A stretch of DNA of 64,000 nt from Callorhinchus milii (GCF_018977255.1 NW_024704743.1:97094001-97158000); one strand, 5' to 3'. Positions 38,301-52,805 are shown, numbered from the stretch's first letter. Notes: generated by a model from the letters alone, not told the origin. A program made the numbers and translations.

Positions 38301-39750
38301 TTGCACCCTCAAGCACATTGTCCATTTCCAAGGCCATAACTGTGTCTTTAATCAATATTGCCACCGCACTCCTTTTTTTCCTTCCCTATCCCTTCTGAAT
38401 ACATTGTAGTCAGGAATATTCAGCTCCCATTCCTGCCCTTGTTTGAGCCAGATCTCCATTATTGCCACTACATCATAACCCCATGTGGCAACTTGAGCCT
38501 GCAGCTCACCAATCTTATTTGTCACACTCCGTACATTTATACACATGCACTCCAAGACCGACTTAGTCTGTTTTGCATTTCTCCCCTGTCTAATCCCTCC
38601 TTTTACTGGATTACTCCTTATTACATTGCTATTTGTCTCTCCCAGCCTTCTCTGTAACTTGTTTGTCCTCTCTAATGCTACATCCTGATTCCCTTCCCCC
38701 CTCAAAATTAGTTTAAACCCTTCCTCCCTACTAGTTAACCTCCATGCGAGGACAATGATCTCAGCCCTGTTCAGGTGTAACCCATCCACCTTGTACAGGT
38801 CTCATCTGCCCCAGAACTGGTCCCAATGATCCAGGAACCTAAAGCCCTCCTTTCTGCATCATTTCTCTGGCCATGCATTCATGTGTTTCATCCTGCTGTT
38901 TTGATACTCACTTCCACAGGCACTGGGAGTAATCCAGAGATCATCACCTTTGAGGTCCTACTCTTTAGCTTTTTCTCTAGCTTCTGATACTCTCCCTGTA
39001 GGATCTCAGCCTTTTTTTCCCTAGGTCATGGATCCCAACATGGACCACGACTTCTGGATATTTCCCTTCCCCCTGTAGAACGTTTTGCACCCGTTCCATG
39101 ATGTCTTCAACCCTGGCACCAGGGAGGCAACACACCATGCGAGAGTCACGTCTTTGGTTGCAAAAACGTCTGTCTACTCCTTTCACCATTGTGTCCCCAA
39201 TGACAATTGCATTAACTCTCTTCCCTGTGTCCCCCTGTGCATCCATTTGCTTTTGACTCCCCTCCCCAGAGGTATCATCACCCTGACCAGTACTCAGTGC
39301 AGAGAAACGATTTGTGAGTGCCACACTCTCAGGGGATTTCTGTACTGCCCGACCTCTCTTCCTACACTGCTGAGTGGTCACCCACTCATTCTCCTTCTGA
39401 ACCTCTGTGGCTGTGGGGTGACCACCTCCTAAATGTTCAATCCATGAACTCTTCATCCTCCCGTATGCTTGAGCAGCCAGAGGCACTTTCTACACGTCTG
39501 TCCAGGGCACACAAAACATCCTGGAGTTCCCACATTGCACACATTGTGCATGCAACCAGTCTCAGCTGCCCGCCATATTCCCAGACATGTTTTATATTAT
39601 TTTAATATAACATATTTTATAACTATGCAGCTCTTTCCCTCTCTGCACCAAATTCACGCTCTCACCAAATTCCTTAACAGAATTCTCACTCTGTTCCACC
39701 TCACTCAGTTCCCTCCTCACGCTGCTGGGCTCTTTGCTCCTTTGTATTAG
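35382..39750 (-). mobile_element. Near full-length degenerate CR1 LINE (ORF1 zinc finger plus SGNH esterase, ORF2 endonuclease plus RT), interrupted by a SINE
   Basis: ORF fragments: CTMCAMWE zinc finger near 39520-39560; AIVIGDTMV...CCLPGARVEDI...VVVHVG and DGLHLN (esterase); CMCINVRS...YDVVAIMEIWL (APE endonuclease); KSLGPDRMHPRLLRE; LVRPQQEYCVQFWAPH (CR1 C-terminus). Many stops and frameshifts. Confidence 0.92.
36122..36444 (-). mobile_element. Young SINE inserted in CR1 ORF2
   Basis: Near-identical to the 5472 and 40147 copies; CR1 sequence continues on both sides. Confidence 0.92.
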
Positions 39751-39894
39751 TTAGTTGTGTGTCTTAAGTATCATTATGCTTATGAATATCCAAATCAGAC
39801 TGAGTTCCAGGCATGTATGGCACTTACACTGGAAATGTCCCGGTGTCTGGAATGTCAGTGACAACACCCTGACACTGACAATGCTCTAACATTG

Positions 39895-40570
39895 ACAACA
39901 AAAACAAATTGAATTTATACAGCGTCTTTCATGTCAGGAGGATGTCCCAAGATGCTAGACAGTCGACGGCCCTCGGAGAGAGGTAGTGGCAGAGGTGGGC
40001 AATGTTGCGGAGATGAAGGAAAGCTGAGCGGATCAAGGGATGGATGTGGGTTTTAAGGCCAATTGAGAGTCAAACAAGACACTGAGCTTTCGTACTGGCT
40101 CTGTAAAGTGGAGGTTACATCTGTGTAGATTGATGCTGTCAGCGATGATAATAATAGTAATAATAATAATATTCCTTGCATTTGATATAGCGCTTTTCAC
40201 GTCGGTAGGACGTCCCAAAGCGCTTCACAGAACACACTGTAAAGTGAATTGACTGTATATTTGTGGGCGAACGCGGCAGCCAATTGCGCACAGCAATGTC
40301 CCACAAACAGTCGTAGATTGAAAATGACCAATTTATTATTGTTTTTGGTTTTGGAGGGATTATTATTAGGCTCTGTGTGGAGTAAGGAAACTTGCCCAAG
40401 GTTTCGCCCTGCCTGGAATTGAACTCAGGTCTCTCACTTGCAAAGCGAGTGCTCTAACCACTGAGCTACAGGACTGATGATATGAGAAAGCGCTGAAAGG
40501 AACCAACCAGAAGGGCCTCTGTCTGATTGACATTCAACTGGAGAAAGTTACCTCTCATCCAGGACTTGAC
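39895..40570 (-). mobile_element. Internally deleted L2 fragment split by the SINE at 40147-40475
   Basis: L2 tail at 39895-39955. RT-region homology (PVRKLSVLFDSQL; ttcaactggagaaagtt...atccaggacttgac) lies on both sides of the SINE. Confidence 0.7.
40147..40475 (-). mobile_element. Young SINE inserted in an L2 fragment
   Basis: Full-length homologue. Confidence 0.92.
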
Positions 40571-42699
40571 AATGATATCACCCTGACAATAATAATACTA
40601 TGATCAATGCACTGCACATTGACAGTGTTAACAGTTTGAGGAAGAAATAGGACCCAGGAATTCTTAAAATGCAAAATGTTCTTGTTAAAGGTAAAAGATT
40701 GATTTAATCATGCCATTTTCTGAGACAGCTGAGTGGCTTATTTGAGCAGAAGGAATTTCCCTTAGATTTCCTTTCCCCTTTACATTAACCTCCACAAATT
40801 GAATTTTGCTTCTCTGCTCCTGAAGATTTTAGTCTTCTATTACCTATGCACCTGAGCTTACATTTCTGGCATCACACGCTACTTACCAGCTATGTTTCTG
40901 ATGTGGTAAATACAGTTCAATGTACAATACTTTCATGTATTGTTTTAAAACAATTGTCTTAAAATAATAAATTACTGTTGTCTAACAAGTTTCTTATTCA
41001 CTTTTACAGTGGTGCTTGAACCCATAACCTCCTGACTAATTTTAGTATGCCTCACTTCTTGTCCTGAAGATGAACTTGGACTGAGACCACTGAGTGGGAA
41101 GTTATATGGGGCTTCATTAAAATCCTTCAAAGGATAGGCGACCCTCTGTGATTTACCTGGGTAATGTCTCAAACATGCCCAAGGCATGTTAAAGATTGGC
41201 ATTTAAAGAATGTTGAATACTGGAACTAAAGTTACATTGTGTACCTTGTATTCACACCTAAATCTAGATCTGTGTTGCTGAAGGGGTTAAACTGAGAGTG
41301 GAAACTGTGTGGCAGATTGCGAGCGAGCTGGCTGACAATGATGCATAAGGTTGGATCCAAAGGATGAAACAGGTCAAAGCCTCAGGCCACAGCTTCAGAT
41401 GGGACCAATATGTAATGGCTTCAAAAGCCCATCCATCTGAGGACAGAACCTGACAGATGTTTCTGATACGATATTCTTTTTATTTCCTTTGTTGCACATT
41501 CTGCCTTTCCAGCTGATAGTCTGTCTGTCCTTCAATAAAGCCAATTCTGTAAATAATATCTTAACGGAAGATATTTGAAAGTCAAATAAAGGACTAAAAT
41601 GGCTTCACTGGAGTGAAATACATCATTGTTTTCGGATACAGATTTGGGTTGCATTTTTTCCTTGGTATATTTCTATCGCACTATATAGAATGAAATCATA
41701 CCCACACCTTAAACATAATAGATGGGAAAAAATTATTACTTTTTCCAGTATATTTTTACATAAGCAATGAAGAGGCACAGCATGAAATGATTCTTTTTCA
41801 AGTGTTCCACAAACCTGCAGAAGAATTCAATGCTGAACTAATATCCTGACATCGTTGTACCAAACCACACTTAACTGTAAGGCAACTGTGAACCTCTCTT
41901 TGATTTAATTTTTTCAAACAGCTGCAGTGTGGACTGTTTTTCTCCAAACCAGACCAGATGGCACACTCAACCAGCCATTGCAGAAACACACCAACAAAAG
42001 AGTGCTTTTTGTGCCTGAATGAATGGTATATGGGAGTAAATATTTTAGAGTTGGCTTCACAGGTGCATGCAGGCCACACAAGAATCATCCAACAAAAGCC
42101 TGACAAATACCATTCTGTGTGATGCAGCTGTTATTTGGGCTTACAAGAGTGGAAACCAGGAGCCTAGGAAGTAAGAGCATTGTTTACCTCACAACCCTGA
42201 GATGTTTTATACACTGTCATGTGTGGAAATGTCTCACAGTATACCATTTTTGTGCAAACCACCCGTGATACATCTTACTGCAAAGACCCTCCAGTATGGA
42301 TGAAATACAGATGAGGTCATTCAGTTTGCCCACATTTAGCCCAATTGGACTCTCTAATATTTCCCAATAACTGTATTTCCTTTTGAAAACAACGCCCTGC
42401 TGCTTATCCTGTCAGGGATTCAAACAACAGTGTATGTTTTGCTTCATTCCTTCACTTCTGCCACCCACTCAATATAATTATATTATTATGCGCTGCATTT
42501 AAATTACAAAGAAAATAAAGTTATAACGTGTGGGGAGTGCCAAGTATCATTGGATATAAATATTTTAAATTCCAGCAATAGAGCAGTAATGTGTTTGCCG
42601 GCCAAGCAGACAGTCAGAGGTACAGAAATAGGGGCTGATAACTGCCCTGCCTAAACCCTTCCTCAGCCCATTGGGAATTTGCCTTGTTAATAAAATAAA

Positions 42700-43433
42700 T
42701 AATAATAATTACAATAATCCTTGTATTTGCTATGGCGATTTTCACATCTGGAAAATGTCCCAAAGCACTTCACTGTGAAGTGGAGTTGAGTGACTGTGAA
42801 TTTGTAGGCAAATGGGTTAGGCAAATTGCGCATAGCAATGCCCCGCAAACGATTGTTTTAAAATTTAACATGTAATAATAATTATATAATCCTTGCATTT
42901 GATATAGTGCCTTATCACGTTGTTCAGATGTGTCAAAACGCTTCACAGAATATACTGTAAAGTGAGTTGACTGTATATAATTTGTGGGTGAAACATTGTA
43001 GCCAATTTTCACACAGCAGTGTCCCACAAACAGTTGTGGATTGAGTGATCAAATATTCTGTTTTTTGTGAAGGGATTAGTGATCAACAACAACAACTTGC
43101 ACTTATGTAGCACCCTCTGCTTAACAGTGGTGGAGCTTGATTCCGAGTTCGGTGGTGTTTGGGGGGGGAGGGGAGGTGGTGGCGGGAGGTGGCCATAACA
43201 ATAAGCACGGTCGAAGAGGAAGGTTTTCAGGCAGAACTTGAAAAAGGGGAGAGGGGGTGCAAGGCGAAGGGACTGAGTGAGAGAGTTTGGGTTCAACCGG
43301 GTTCCTACTGACTGCTTGGTAAACAGAGGCATGTAGAGTAAGGAAACTTACCGAAGGTTTCGTCCTGCCCTGGAATCGAACCTGGGCCGCATGCTTGGGA
43401 GGCAAATGCTCTACACAATATGCTGCAGGACTC
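42700..43433 (-). mobile_element. SINE cluster: partial copy 42700-42855 and a long-variant copy (42875-43433) split by an L2 3' fragment at about 43085-43285
   Basis: Two SINE tails, an L2 (CAA) tail at 43085 with KTFLFDRA, and a SINE head at 43290-43433. Confidence 0.78.
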
Positions 43434-45964
43434 TACAGATTGTGCAGACTTTTAGAAAATACTTAAATACAGGCTTGTATTTGAAAGCCGGTCTTTTTAG
43501 CACCTGAGGAAAATGACTTGAAAACTAAGATTGCATTTATGGATTTTCTAAAATTCTGACCAATCCCAAATTTGTTGTTGATTTTGTAAATTTAAAATAA
43601 TGATCTTAAGGCAAAAACCAGGTGAATCTTTGTGCCTTCAAATTATATTGAATTATTTTGATGTAGACTTATTTTGATGAAAGTACCAAGGATGTTATTC
43701 ATATATTAGTTGAACAGAGGATGCTAAAATGGTGTGATTGATAACCTAAAACAAAGATTTGGAGAAATCTCTTGTCATTGAACACATTGCTGCAGACCAG
43801 CCAGGTAAATGCATAATTGACATTGTAATGAGTGCATAAATTGCATGCACTGACAAGAGGGAATTGATGCATTAATGCTTTTACCAACAGAAGTGAATTG
43901 GCTTCCAGGTGCGTACAGTAATTATTTAGAAAATGTAATTAAGAAATGGTCTGGACAGTCATGAGGATTCTGAGCACACACAGCTTGGTGAGGAACACGT
44001 GTTGGCCTAGAAAATGAATTTGTTGCACATCATAATCCTTCCTATAAGAAACTGCGTGTTTACCATTCTGATTACAGTACAACCCAGATGAGCTCTGTTT
44101 CAAATGTATCACATTAAATCTGGTAATAAAAATAATAATAATCCTTACATTTGATACAGCATCTTTCACATCAGGATGACATCTCAAAACACTTCACGGG
44201 ATATGTGGTAAAGAGTAGTGACTGTGTTTTTTTGATGACAGGTCAATAGTAATGAAATATTGCATTTCTCACCACAATGCAAATGATGGTTAGACTAGCT
44301 TCCTTCTCGTTTATGTCATTTATTGAGGATTAAATCAAATATTTCCAAAACATTTTGATTTAAATGGGTGGCTGTTCTGAAGAATGATAAAAAATGTTGC
44401 ATCATAAGGTATAATTCTCTTTAAAGGAATCTGAAATGGAAACATGAAGACATTAGAGCTTTGTTTAACGACTGCTCTCGGTTATTCAGGAGATGTGTTT
44501 GGACATTTCATTCAAGAAAGCTTACTTTCTGTTCATTTCAAATATGGAATTGTTTGGCAGAATTAAGTTTAACTTCTCATCTGAAGGCTGGCACCTCCGA
44601 CAATGTAGTGCTTCTCCAGCCTATATTGGAGTGTCAGACAAGACTGTCTGAGCTCAAAGCCCCAACATGGATTTGAACCCTCAATATTTGTACTTTAGAG
44701 GCGAGAGTGCTACCAACTGAGTTCAGCTGACATCATAGCAATTTTAATGTTGCCTTTTAATGTTGCCTTCGTGGATATAACTGATTAAGACTCATTTTTT
44801 TAGGTGTTTTTGAGACGTCTCAATGTCGTAATAAGGCACTATAGCAAATGCAAGGATTATTATTATGCCAATGCATCCAAATTCATTTACATTCTACAAG
44901 TGAAATATGATCTGTGCCAAGTTCATAGAAATACACAACATAAAGATGTGCATGGTTCCCTTTGTCTGCAATGAATGCTGTGCAGGATACATTGCGCTGC
45001 TTTGTCCAGACAAGTTAATCAGAATTGTTTACAAATGACTGCCAGGTTTGCTTCTTAAGACAACCAGAGTGAACAGAGGTAAATTGAAACTTAAACTGAT
45101 ATTGGACTCTAATTTGCTCTAACTTTAAATTGAATACGATTTGGAGTATCCAGTTCGAGAAATTCATGGTGACGTTCACAGCGAAATTCCAAATCAGCAA
45201 AGCCTGAATAAAGGCTGACCAGCAAAATAGCCAGACCTTTCCCAGTGCTTTTCCTTGTTTCTTTTCTCAAACATCTCAAAAACAATGGTTGCAATTAAAG
45301 CATCAAATCTGGTTTGTGAATTTTAAAGATTCAACTTTTAGTTGTATTAATTAGCAGGGAGTGTGTCGAATAAGGTGAAGGTGGAGTGGTGTAAATGAAA
45401 AGGAAATATAGCAGACAATGCTATATGGCTTGGAGTTGATATGACACTACAGGTACTATAGTAATATAAGCTTGTCTTTTAGTGGTGAATTAGAAGAATT
45501 TATAAGGTATATTGTATCTTAAATCGGTATCGTTTTTTAATATAGCTTTCTGGATACATTGGGAGAGCCTTTTATAAAACCTCTGGAAGTTTTCTACGTC
45601 TACATGAGCTCTTACCTAAACTGCCCAAGAGCCGGCAATGTACTGTAAGAGCTCCTAAATGGAAAAATACATCCCCAGAGACTTCAAATACCTCAGAACA
45701 TTATGTCACATCTCATTCTGGTGTTATAAAGGAACTGCAGAGGAAGGCAAACAGATTGATTGCTGCAGACAGTGGGCGGTGGCCTAAACCCATGAAGCCG
45801 TCTTATTCGCTGAGATCTCCTCCGCAAGATGATGTTAATAACACACAGATGTAACCCCAGCTCAGTCAGAAATACGGCTGGGAACATTCCTCATGATCAG
45901 CTTGTAGTAGCACATATCTGGCAATTTAAGGCAAAAGAACAAGGGGGTGGGGGGTAATTACTAA

Positions 45965-46417
45965 GGATGAGGGACTTCAGTTATGTGAAAAGACTAGAGA
46001 AGCTGGGATTGTTCTCCTTATAGCAGAGAAAGTTAAGGGGAGATTTAATAGAGGTGTTCAAAATTATGAAGGGTTTTGATAGAGTAAATAAGGAGAAACT
46101 GTTTCCACTAGCGGGAAGGTCGGTAACCAGAGGACACAAGATAATTCAACATAAATGGCAAAAGAACCAGAGGGAATTGAGGAGAATTTTTTTTGCAGTA
46201 AGTTGTTACGATCTGGATGGCACTGCCTGAAAGGGTGGTGGAAACAGAAACAAAAGGGAATAGGATATTTACTTGAAAAGAAAGAAATTTGCCAGGTTAC
46301 GGAAAAAGAGTAGGAGAGTAGGACTAATTGGATAGCTTTTTCAAAGAGCCGGAACTGGCACGATGGGCCAAATGGCCTCCTTCTGTGCTGTCAGATTCTA
46401 CCATTCTATGATTCTAG
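45965..46417 (+). mobile_element. CR1 3' fragment
   Basis: Reverse-complement homologue of 35382-35830; ends gggccaaatggcctccttctgtgctgtcagattctaccattctatgattcta. Confidence 0.88.
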
Positions 46418-48979
46418 GAATTACCTATTATTTTTGTCCACCTTATAGGAACGTTAATACAAATAGTTTTTTAAAAAATTATGTCAGTTCAGTGTTCATG
46501 TCCAATTGGCACAGTCCCAGAAGTGTCTCGCATTGTCGGGGAAACGGTGTCTTCAATCACCACTTTGCCAACAGATCTGTTATATTTTAAACATATTTTA
46601 CAATTGATATTTGAAAATGTCAACCAGATATCAAGTATATTTTGGAGTCAAACACATCAACACAGCCACGTCCACAAAAAAGGAAACTCCTTTCTCTTTC
46701 TGAATGTAATGAATATAGTGTCAAGGGCTTTTTATCTGCCACTAAACTGGTAGATGGCATCTTGGTTTAATGCCTCATCTAAAAGAAGGCACCTCTGACA
46801 ATGCAGCATTCCCCCAGCCCTGCACTGGAGTGTCATTCTCATTCTGTACTAGAAGCTCAAAGTCCAACGAAGGACTTGAACCCATTGACTACTGGGAGAC
46901 AAGCGTGCTGGAGCTAGTGCAGACCAGGCCTATCTCCAATGATGGATTCATGTTTGTATTGTTTCCAACGTGTGATAAGCTGAAGGTGAGCTCCAAACCC
47001 AAATGCTCCCATTCTAACCCTCGCGACCACCCTTCTTGTAGAGAGTTCCTGATAGCTGCCGTCCACCTAGTGACGAATCAAATAACCATTTGCCAGATGC
47101 AAATTGACTATCGAGAAGTTTGCAAGGCAATGCTCTCAATTCCAAGCTACCCTGCCCAAAAATCCTCCAGGTAAATTTGTCATTCACTTCATGGTTGTTT
47201 GTGGAGCTTTCCTGGTTGTAAATTGGCTGCTATGTTCGCTGGAATTAAATAAGTAGGTGCTTCCATTCAGAGAGAGCGAGAGAGTGTACATTGTATTCCA
47301 GACACAGGGAAGTTTGCATGCTTAGGTATTGTGTAAATGTGCAAATCTGTCTGTTTTTTTTAAAGCATAGATGACGTGTCAGACCAAACCGTCTTCTGAT
47401 TGCTGCATCCCTGTACTCATCAGACACTCAATATTCCACTTTGTCTTGTCTTGGCCTATAAGAACATTTTGTTTTAAGATTTAAAAACGTGTAGCATTGT
47501 AACAAATTCATAAATTTAATCTAACCAGTAAGTTAGTTTTCTGTACTTCCTAAAAGGAACTGGCTTCCGAATTAAGAAAGAGCTGAAGATTTTTCCACAA
47601 TGTTATATAATCTTAAACGTTATGACAATTGACTTTCCAGGCTAAGACTTGGAAGAATTTCAGACCTCGGGAACATCGCATGAATCCTCAACCAAATGGC
47701 TCCCAACCAAATGTTAAATTTTTTTCAAATAAACAAAGTGTCTGCACATGAGCAAAAAAAAACTCAATAAAGGCTTAGTTTGACTTGGCCCAGCTGAAAG
47801 CATTGAACATAACCAGAACAGCTCAACTAATCCAACATCAGCACTTCTGTATGTGGCATCTGGCCTCAGCATCACTGACGCAGATATAGAAGGATCAGTT
47901 GAATGCTTGTTAATACCATTGATTGGAAGAAAAGAATTGCTGTAGTCTCCCAGCTTTAAGATGATCTGCCATCCTCATTCAAATTATGACCACTATGTAC
48001 ATAGTGATAGGCGCCTATTCACTTTAAAACATGGAAAGAAATCTGAAGATGGCACACGCCATGTAATTCTATTTGTAGCATTTTCATTTGAATGTATCTA
48101 AGTCTAGCTCTGAGATTTAATTTCTACCAGATAAAACTGCCTAACATCATCCTGTGATTAAAACCAGAAAATAGTATTCAAGCCAAAAAGGGATTATTTC
48201 ACACTTTTTACCTTTTTAAAATATATATTTTACTAATTGGATTAAATTTGCTTCTTTATTTGTGCTCATTTTTAGTTTGCAAATAAAATTTTCATGAAAT
48301 TCATGAATTTTACTTTAAAACCCTATTAAACAACGATGTTTAAATCTGACCTCAGCACTAATCTTCAACTTGGGTTTTGATGAAAATATGAATGTTTGTA
48401 TTGAGCAGTTTTTATCTATCCCCTTACAGTCAGCAGCAGCTGTGAAGTTGATCAGAATTCATTTCATGGGAATATTTTGATAGCTTCTGATTCTGTGGCA
48501 GAATTTCCATGTTGAATCAATGGGACCAATTGAATAATAAACAACTGAGATGCTAATCTGCATGCTATATAAATCCAAGTTGTTTTTGTTAAATAATGTG
48601 GTGTAGCCTTTTATTTTGAACTGTCCAAAACATACTTCTTTGCCCGCACCTTCAGTCATCTTCCCCCGCCCCTCCCCACCCTGACACTTCACTTCCACCC
48701 CCAACTCGGGTACCCAGACAGTTGTGTCAAGCACTTTGGGACGTTTTCCGTCCCTGAAAAGCGCAATATAATTTTAAATGTGTATTGTATTATACTTTGG
48801 TGGCAGAAAAGTTTTACGATGGAGAGAGTGAAGTGGGAGGTCAGGGCAAAATAGCAACCAAAGATCGCCATTGTGATCGCCAGGCTCCTTTGACATGTCC
48901 ATTCTCGCCATCGACAACGGTATCTTTAAGGTGAAATCAATCGCCAAGCACTCCCGCCTGGCCCAGGTTTAAGTGAAAT

Positions 48980-49966
48980 ATCCCCTTGGTGACAACATCC
49001 GCAGACATGGGATAAATTTTCACATGTATGCGGATGACACCCAACTCTATCTCTCTGCCTCCACCCTCAACTCCAGGATTATTGGTATCCTGACCGACTG
49101 CCTGTCCGACATCAAGTCCTGGATGAGAGACAACTTTCTCCAGCTGAACGTCAGCAAGACTAAGGCCTTCCTGATTGGCTACCAGTATCAGCATCCATGG
49201 CTGCACACTCAAACTCACTAAGCCAGTCAGGAATCTGGGTATCTTGTTTGACCCTGAAGTGTCCTTTCTCTCCCACATCTGAGCCATGAACGGCACTGCC
49301 TACTACCCCCTCCACAACATTGCCAGACTCCGCCACTGCCTCACCCCTCAGGCTGCCAAAACCCTTACCCTTGCATTCGTCACATCAAGGCTCGATTATG
49401 GAAATTCCCACCTCATCGGCCTTCCCAACTCTTCCCTTAGCAAGCTGCAGATCATCCAAAACTCTGCAGCTCGTGTACTCTCACGCACCAGGCTCCGTGA
49501 CCCCATCACTCCCACCCTCGCCCGACTCCAATGGCTCCCCATCCCTCAGAAGATCGAATTCAAGATCCTCATCCTCACTTTCAAGGCCACCCCTCCTACC
49601 TCTCTGACCTGCTGACTCCCTACCAGCCTGCCTGCTCCCACCATTCAGCAGGCTCCGGCCTACTCCATGTCTCCCTCCCGACCTACCCTATCAACGGTGG
49701 CCGATATTTCAGCTTCTTTGCCCCCACACTCTGGAACGCCATCCCACAGTCCCTTTATCTTGCTTCCTCCTTTGCCTCTTTCAAGGCCAGTCTCAAGACC
49801 CTCCTCTTCGATTGTGCCTTCGGTCGCCCTCCAACTTCTCTGCCTTCCCTCGCTCCTACCCCACCCCTCCCCCATGCTCGGATCCTGATCCCTGACTGTC
49901 CAGCGCCTTGGGATATCTTCCCGACATGAAAGGCGCTCAGTAAATGTAATTTTGTTGTTGTTGTTG
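48980..49966 (+). mobile_element. L2 LINE 3' portion
   Basis: FHMYADDTQLY, NFLQLNVSKT, FVTSRLDYGNS and WLPIPQKIEFK, with a (TTG)n tail. Confidence 0.92.
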
Positions 49967-50296
49967 TAAAACTTAGCCACAAGCTCCATCGGACTGTTTG
50001 AAAGAGGAGCTGATTCAATCAGAGCACAAAAAGTAAGTGCCTTTGGTTTATTTTTAGAGCATAAATATGCTTAAAATGAAACAGAAAATACTTGTATGAA
50101 TTCCAAAGTAAATATAGCTTGAAAACATTTAATGTAATAGTCGTTTCATGTTTGCCACTGGGGAGGCATGGTAACAGGAAGAGAATTCAACTCATAAATT
50201 GGATCTGTGAAAAAGCTATAAAATTGACTTATTTTTACTGCTTGAAACTTGAGAATAATACCTAAAAAAGACATGATAAAATAGTAACCTTAGTTA

Positions 50297-50599
50297 TAAT
50301 AATAATCCTTTCATTTGATATATCACTTTTCATGCCTTCTAGGTGTCTCAAAGCGCTTCACAGAATATACTGTAAAGTGAATTGACTGTATATTTGTGGG
50401 CGAAACGCGGCAGCCAATTGAGTACAGCAGTATCCCACAAACAGTCGTGGATCGAAGTGACCAATTTATTCTTTTTTTTCTTGATGGATTATTATTAGGC
50501 GTATGGAGTAAGGAAACTTGCCCAAGTTTCGCCCTGCTGGGAATTGAACCCAGGTCTCTCGCTTGAGAGGACAATGCTCTAACCACTGAGCTACAGGAC
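50297..50599 (-). mobile_element. tRNA-derived SINE, short variant
   Basis: Full-length homologue. Confidence 0.9.
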
Positions 50600-52109
50600 A
50601 TCAACATAGTTCTGGATCTTTTGTGCACAATTCATTCTCACCGGATCACTTCTGGCTTCAGGGCAAGAAAAGTTACTTCGGAACTGAATAGGTTATAAGC
50701 ACAGTCTTGTTGAATACCACAGACGAAAAGCATGTAAGTTCAGCATCATTCTCTGGCCTATTGGTTTTCTATCTCAGTTGTGCCACCTTGAGGAAATGTG
50801 CAGCAAAAGCAGTGCTTTACAGGAACTGAAATGAATAGCGTAAAAGCCAGCAGCATCAACCACCAGAACCCTTCACCTTTCCACTGCATTTTTAGCAAAC
50901 CCCAGCATTTACCCTCTAACAATCCAGCTCGCTCTGTTAGGATCACTTGAGCTGATTGCCGTAAAACATTAATGCACTACAAATACATGGTCAGCAATTA
51001 CCTGCGAAACACATTGAGACTGTTCAACATTCTAGGCCCTATATTAATTGCTACGAATTTTATTAATAATCATAAAGATAATGCTCCTGAGCCAAATCTG
51101 CAGGCAATTGGCGAGATTCAAAGCGCCCTCACAGCAATCATGTAATTCTAAGTTAATAATTTTGTCAATTGATCTTCACAAGAATATACAACAAAGAAAG
51201 TACCCTTATCTTTAATGGTAAAGGTAAGCCTAGAGGCCAACCTTGCAATGTTAAAATTCAAATCCTGCTGTAGATTGTATCTATGTTGAATGGAATAGGA
51301 TCCTGAAATCAGATGCTAATCAATGCACAAAAAGCTCTTTTTCTCAATTAAAGTTAAACATAATAGAAATCTGCATTACTTTATCAATTACCAGTTTCCA
51401 AGGGTTGACTATTGAGGCAGGAATTGTTCAGTGGTTGAAAGAGGTTTTCTATTTACACAGGCAGACAATTAGCCTTTGGAACGTCATTATTTGTGGTTCA
51501 CATCCCCCACCCTGCAGCAGTCCAGCCATCAGTCTTCCTGCTCTACTCTCTGGAACTCCATTCCAGAGTTCCTTCATTTCACCCTTCCCTGGCCTCCTTC
51601 AAGGTTTGTCTCAAGACCTTTCTCTTTGACTGCACTTTTGTTCATCTTCCCCTAACCCCTTGGTCCCCACCCCTCTCGATTACAACCCCCAGCTGTTTTG
51701 CGCCTTGGGGCATCCTCCCAATGTGAAAGGCTAAAATAAATGCAATTTGTTTTTGTTATCATAATAATATATAATAATAATCCTTGCATTTGATATCAAG
51801 CTTTTCACATCTTCTAGACGTCTCAAAGCACTTCACAGAATATGCTGTAAAGTCAATTGACTGTATATTTGTGGGTGAAATTATTAAAAGGAACAGAAAG
51901 GCAAAGGGGAGAATACTGTAAAGTATTGTGTAAAGTAATGTAACGTATTATCATACTAAAAATTAATAATAATCCTTACATTTATTTGATAAATAACCTT
52001 TTGATTCCAGAGGATATCTCAAAGTAAATTTACAGGATTTATGGTAAAGTATAGTAACTGAATTTTGTAGGTGAACTCACAGCATGAATTTGTACTCCCA
52101 CAATGGGAT

Positions 52110-52292
52110 AGCATAGATATATTTAAGGGAAAGTTAGATAGGTACATGAGAAAGAAAGGAATAGAAGGTTATGCTTGAAGACTTAGTTGAGGAAGGGCAG
52201 GAGGAGGCTCATGTGGAGCATAAACACCGGCATAGACCAGTTGGACCGAATGGCCTGTTTCTGTGCTGTATATTCTAATGTATTCTAATGTG
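52110..52292 (+). mobile_element. CR1 3' end, same subfamily as 33360-34120
   Basis: Near-identical reverse complement of 33360-33545, including the tattctaatg tail repeats. Confidence 0.88.
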
Positions 52293-52805
52293 ATGTTATG
52301 AGAGAAAGAAAAAAAAGTTCCTTAACTTGTAAGAAGAGCCATCGGATTAACTTCCCCTGTACTTGTTTAACAGGCAGCTGCTCATTTGGCAGCAGCTATG
52401 AATGTACTCGCAAAGGGCTCAACCGGAAGCCCTACATATTTTGCTTCTCGGACTTGGACCAAGGTTACTCATTCATGCACTTGAACAACTGTGTATTGGT
52501 ATCCAGAGTCATAAACAGACAGGAGAGCTAAGATCTTGATTAACATTATTTAGACAGCAGGAACACTTTGCTTCCTTCTACACATCCCTTCAAGTGCATT
52601 AAGTATGAAATGACTTCCTAGCTTATAATGAATCATGTTTTGCAGTAATAGAGAGGTTTATTTAACAACCGCCTACATTTTTTTCTTATCACTTAGCACC
52701 ATGCAGAAGTTAACAGTTCAGATGTTTAGGGTAGTTTAGGTAATGTTAAAATCAAAGAGATTATTTCAATGTTGGTTTAACACATCTTTAATGCTAGAAT
52801 GAGGA

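Noticed and set aside
41798..42106. 102-aa Cys-rich ORF
   Set aside because: Non-ATG start, no recognisable domain, and no convincing splice context.
52330..52530. Protein-like minus-strand reading (YQYTVVQVHE*VTLVQVREAKYVGLPVEPFASTFIAAAK*) as a pseudogene exon
   Set aside because: Stop density is about what random sequence gives, the donor is weak, and I recognise no homologue.
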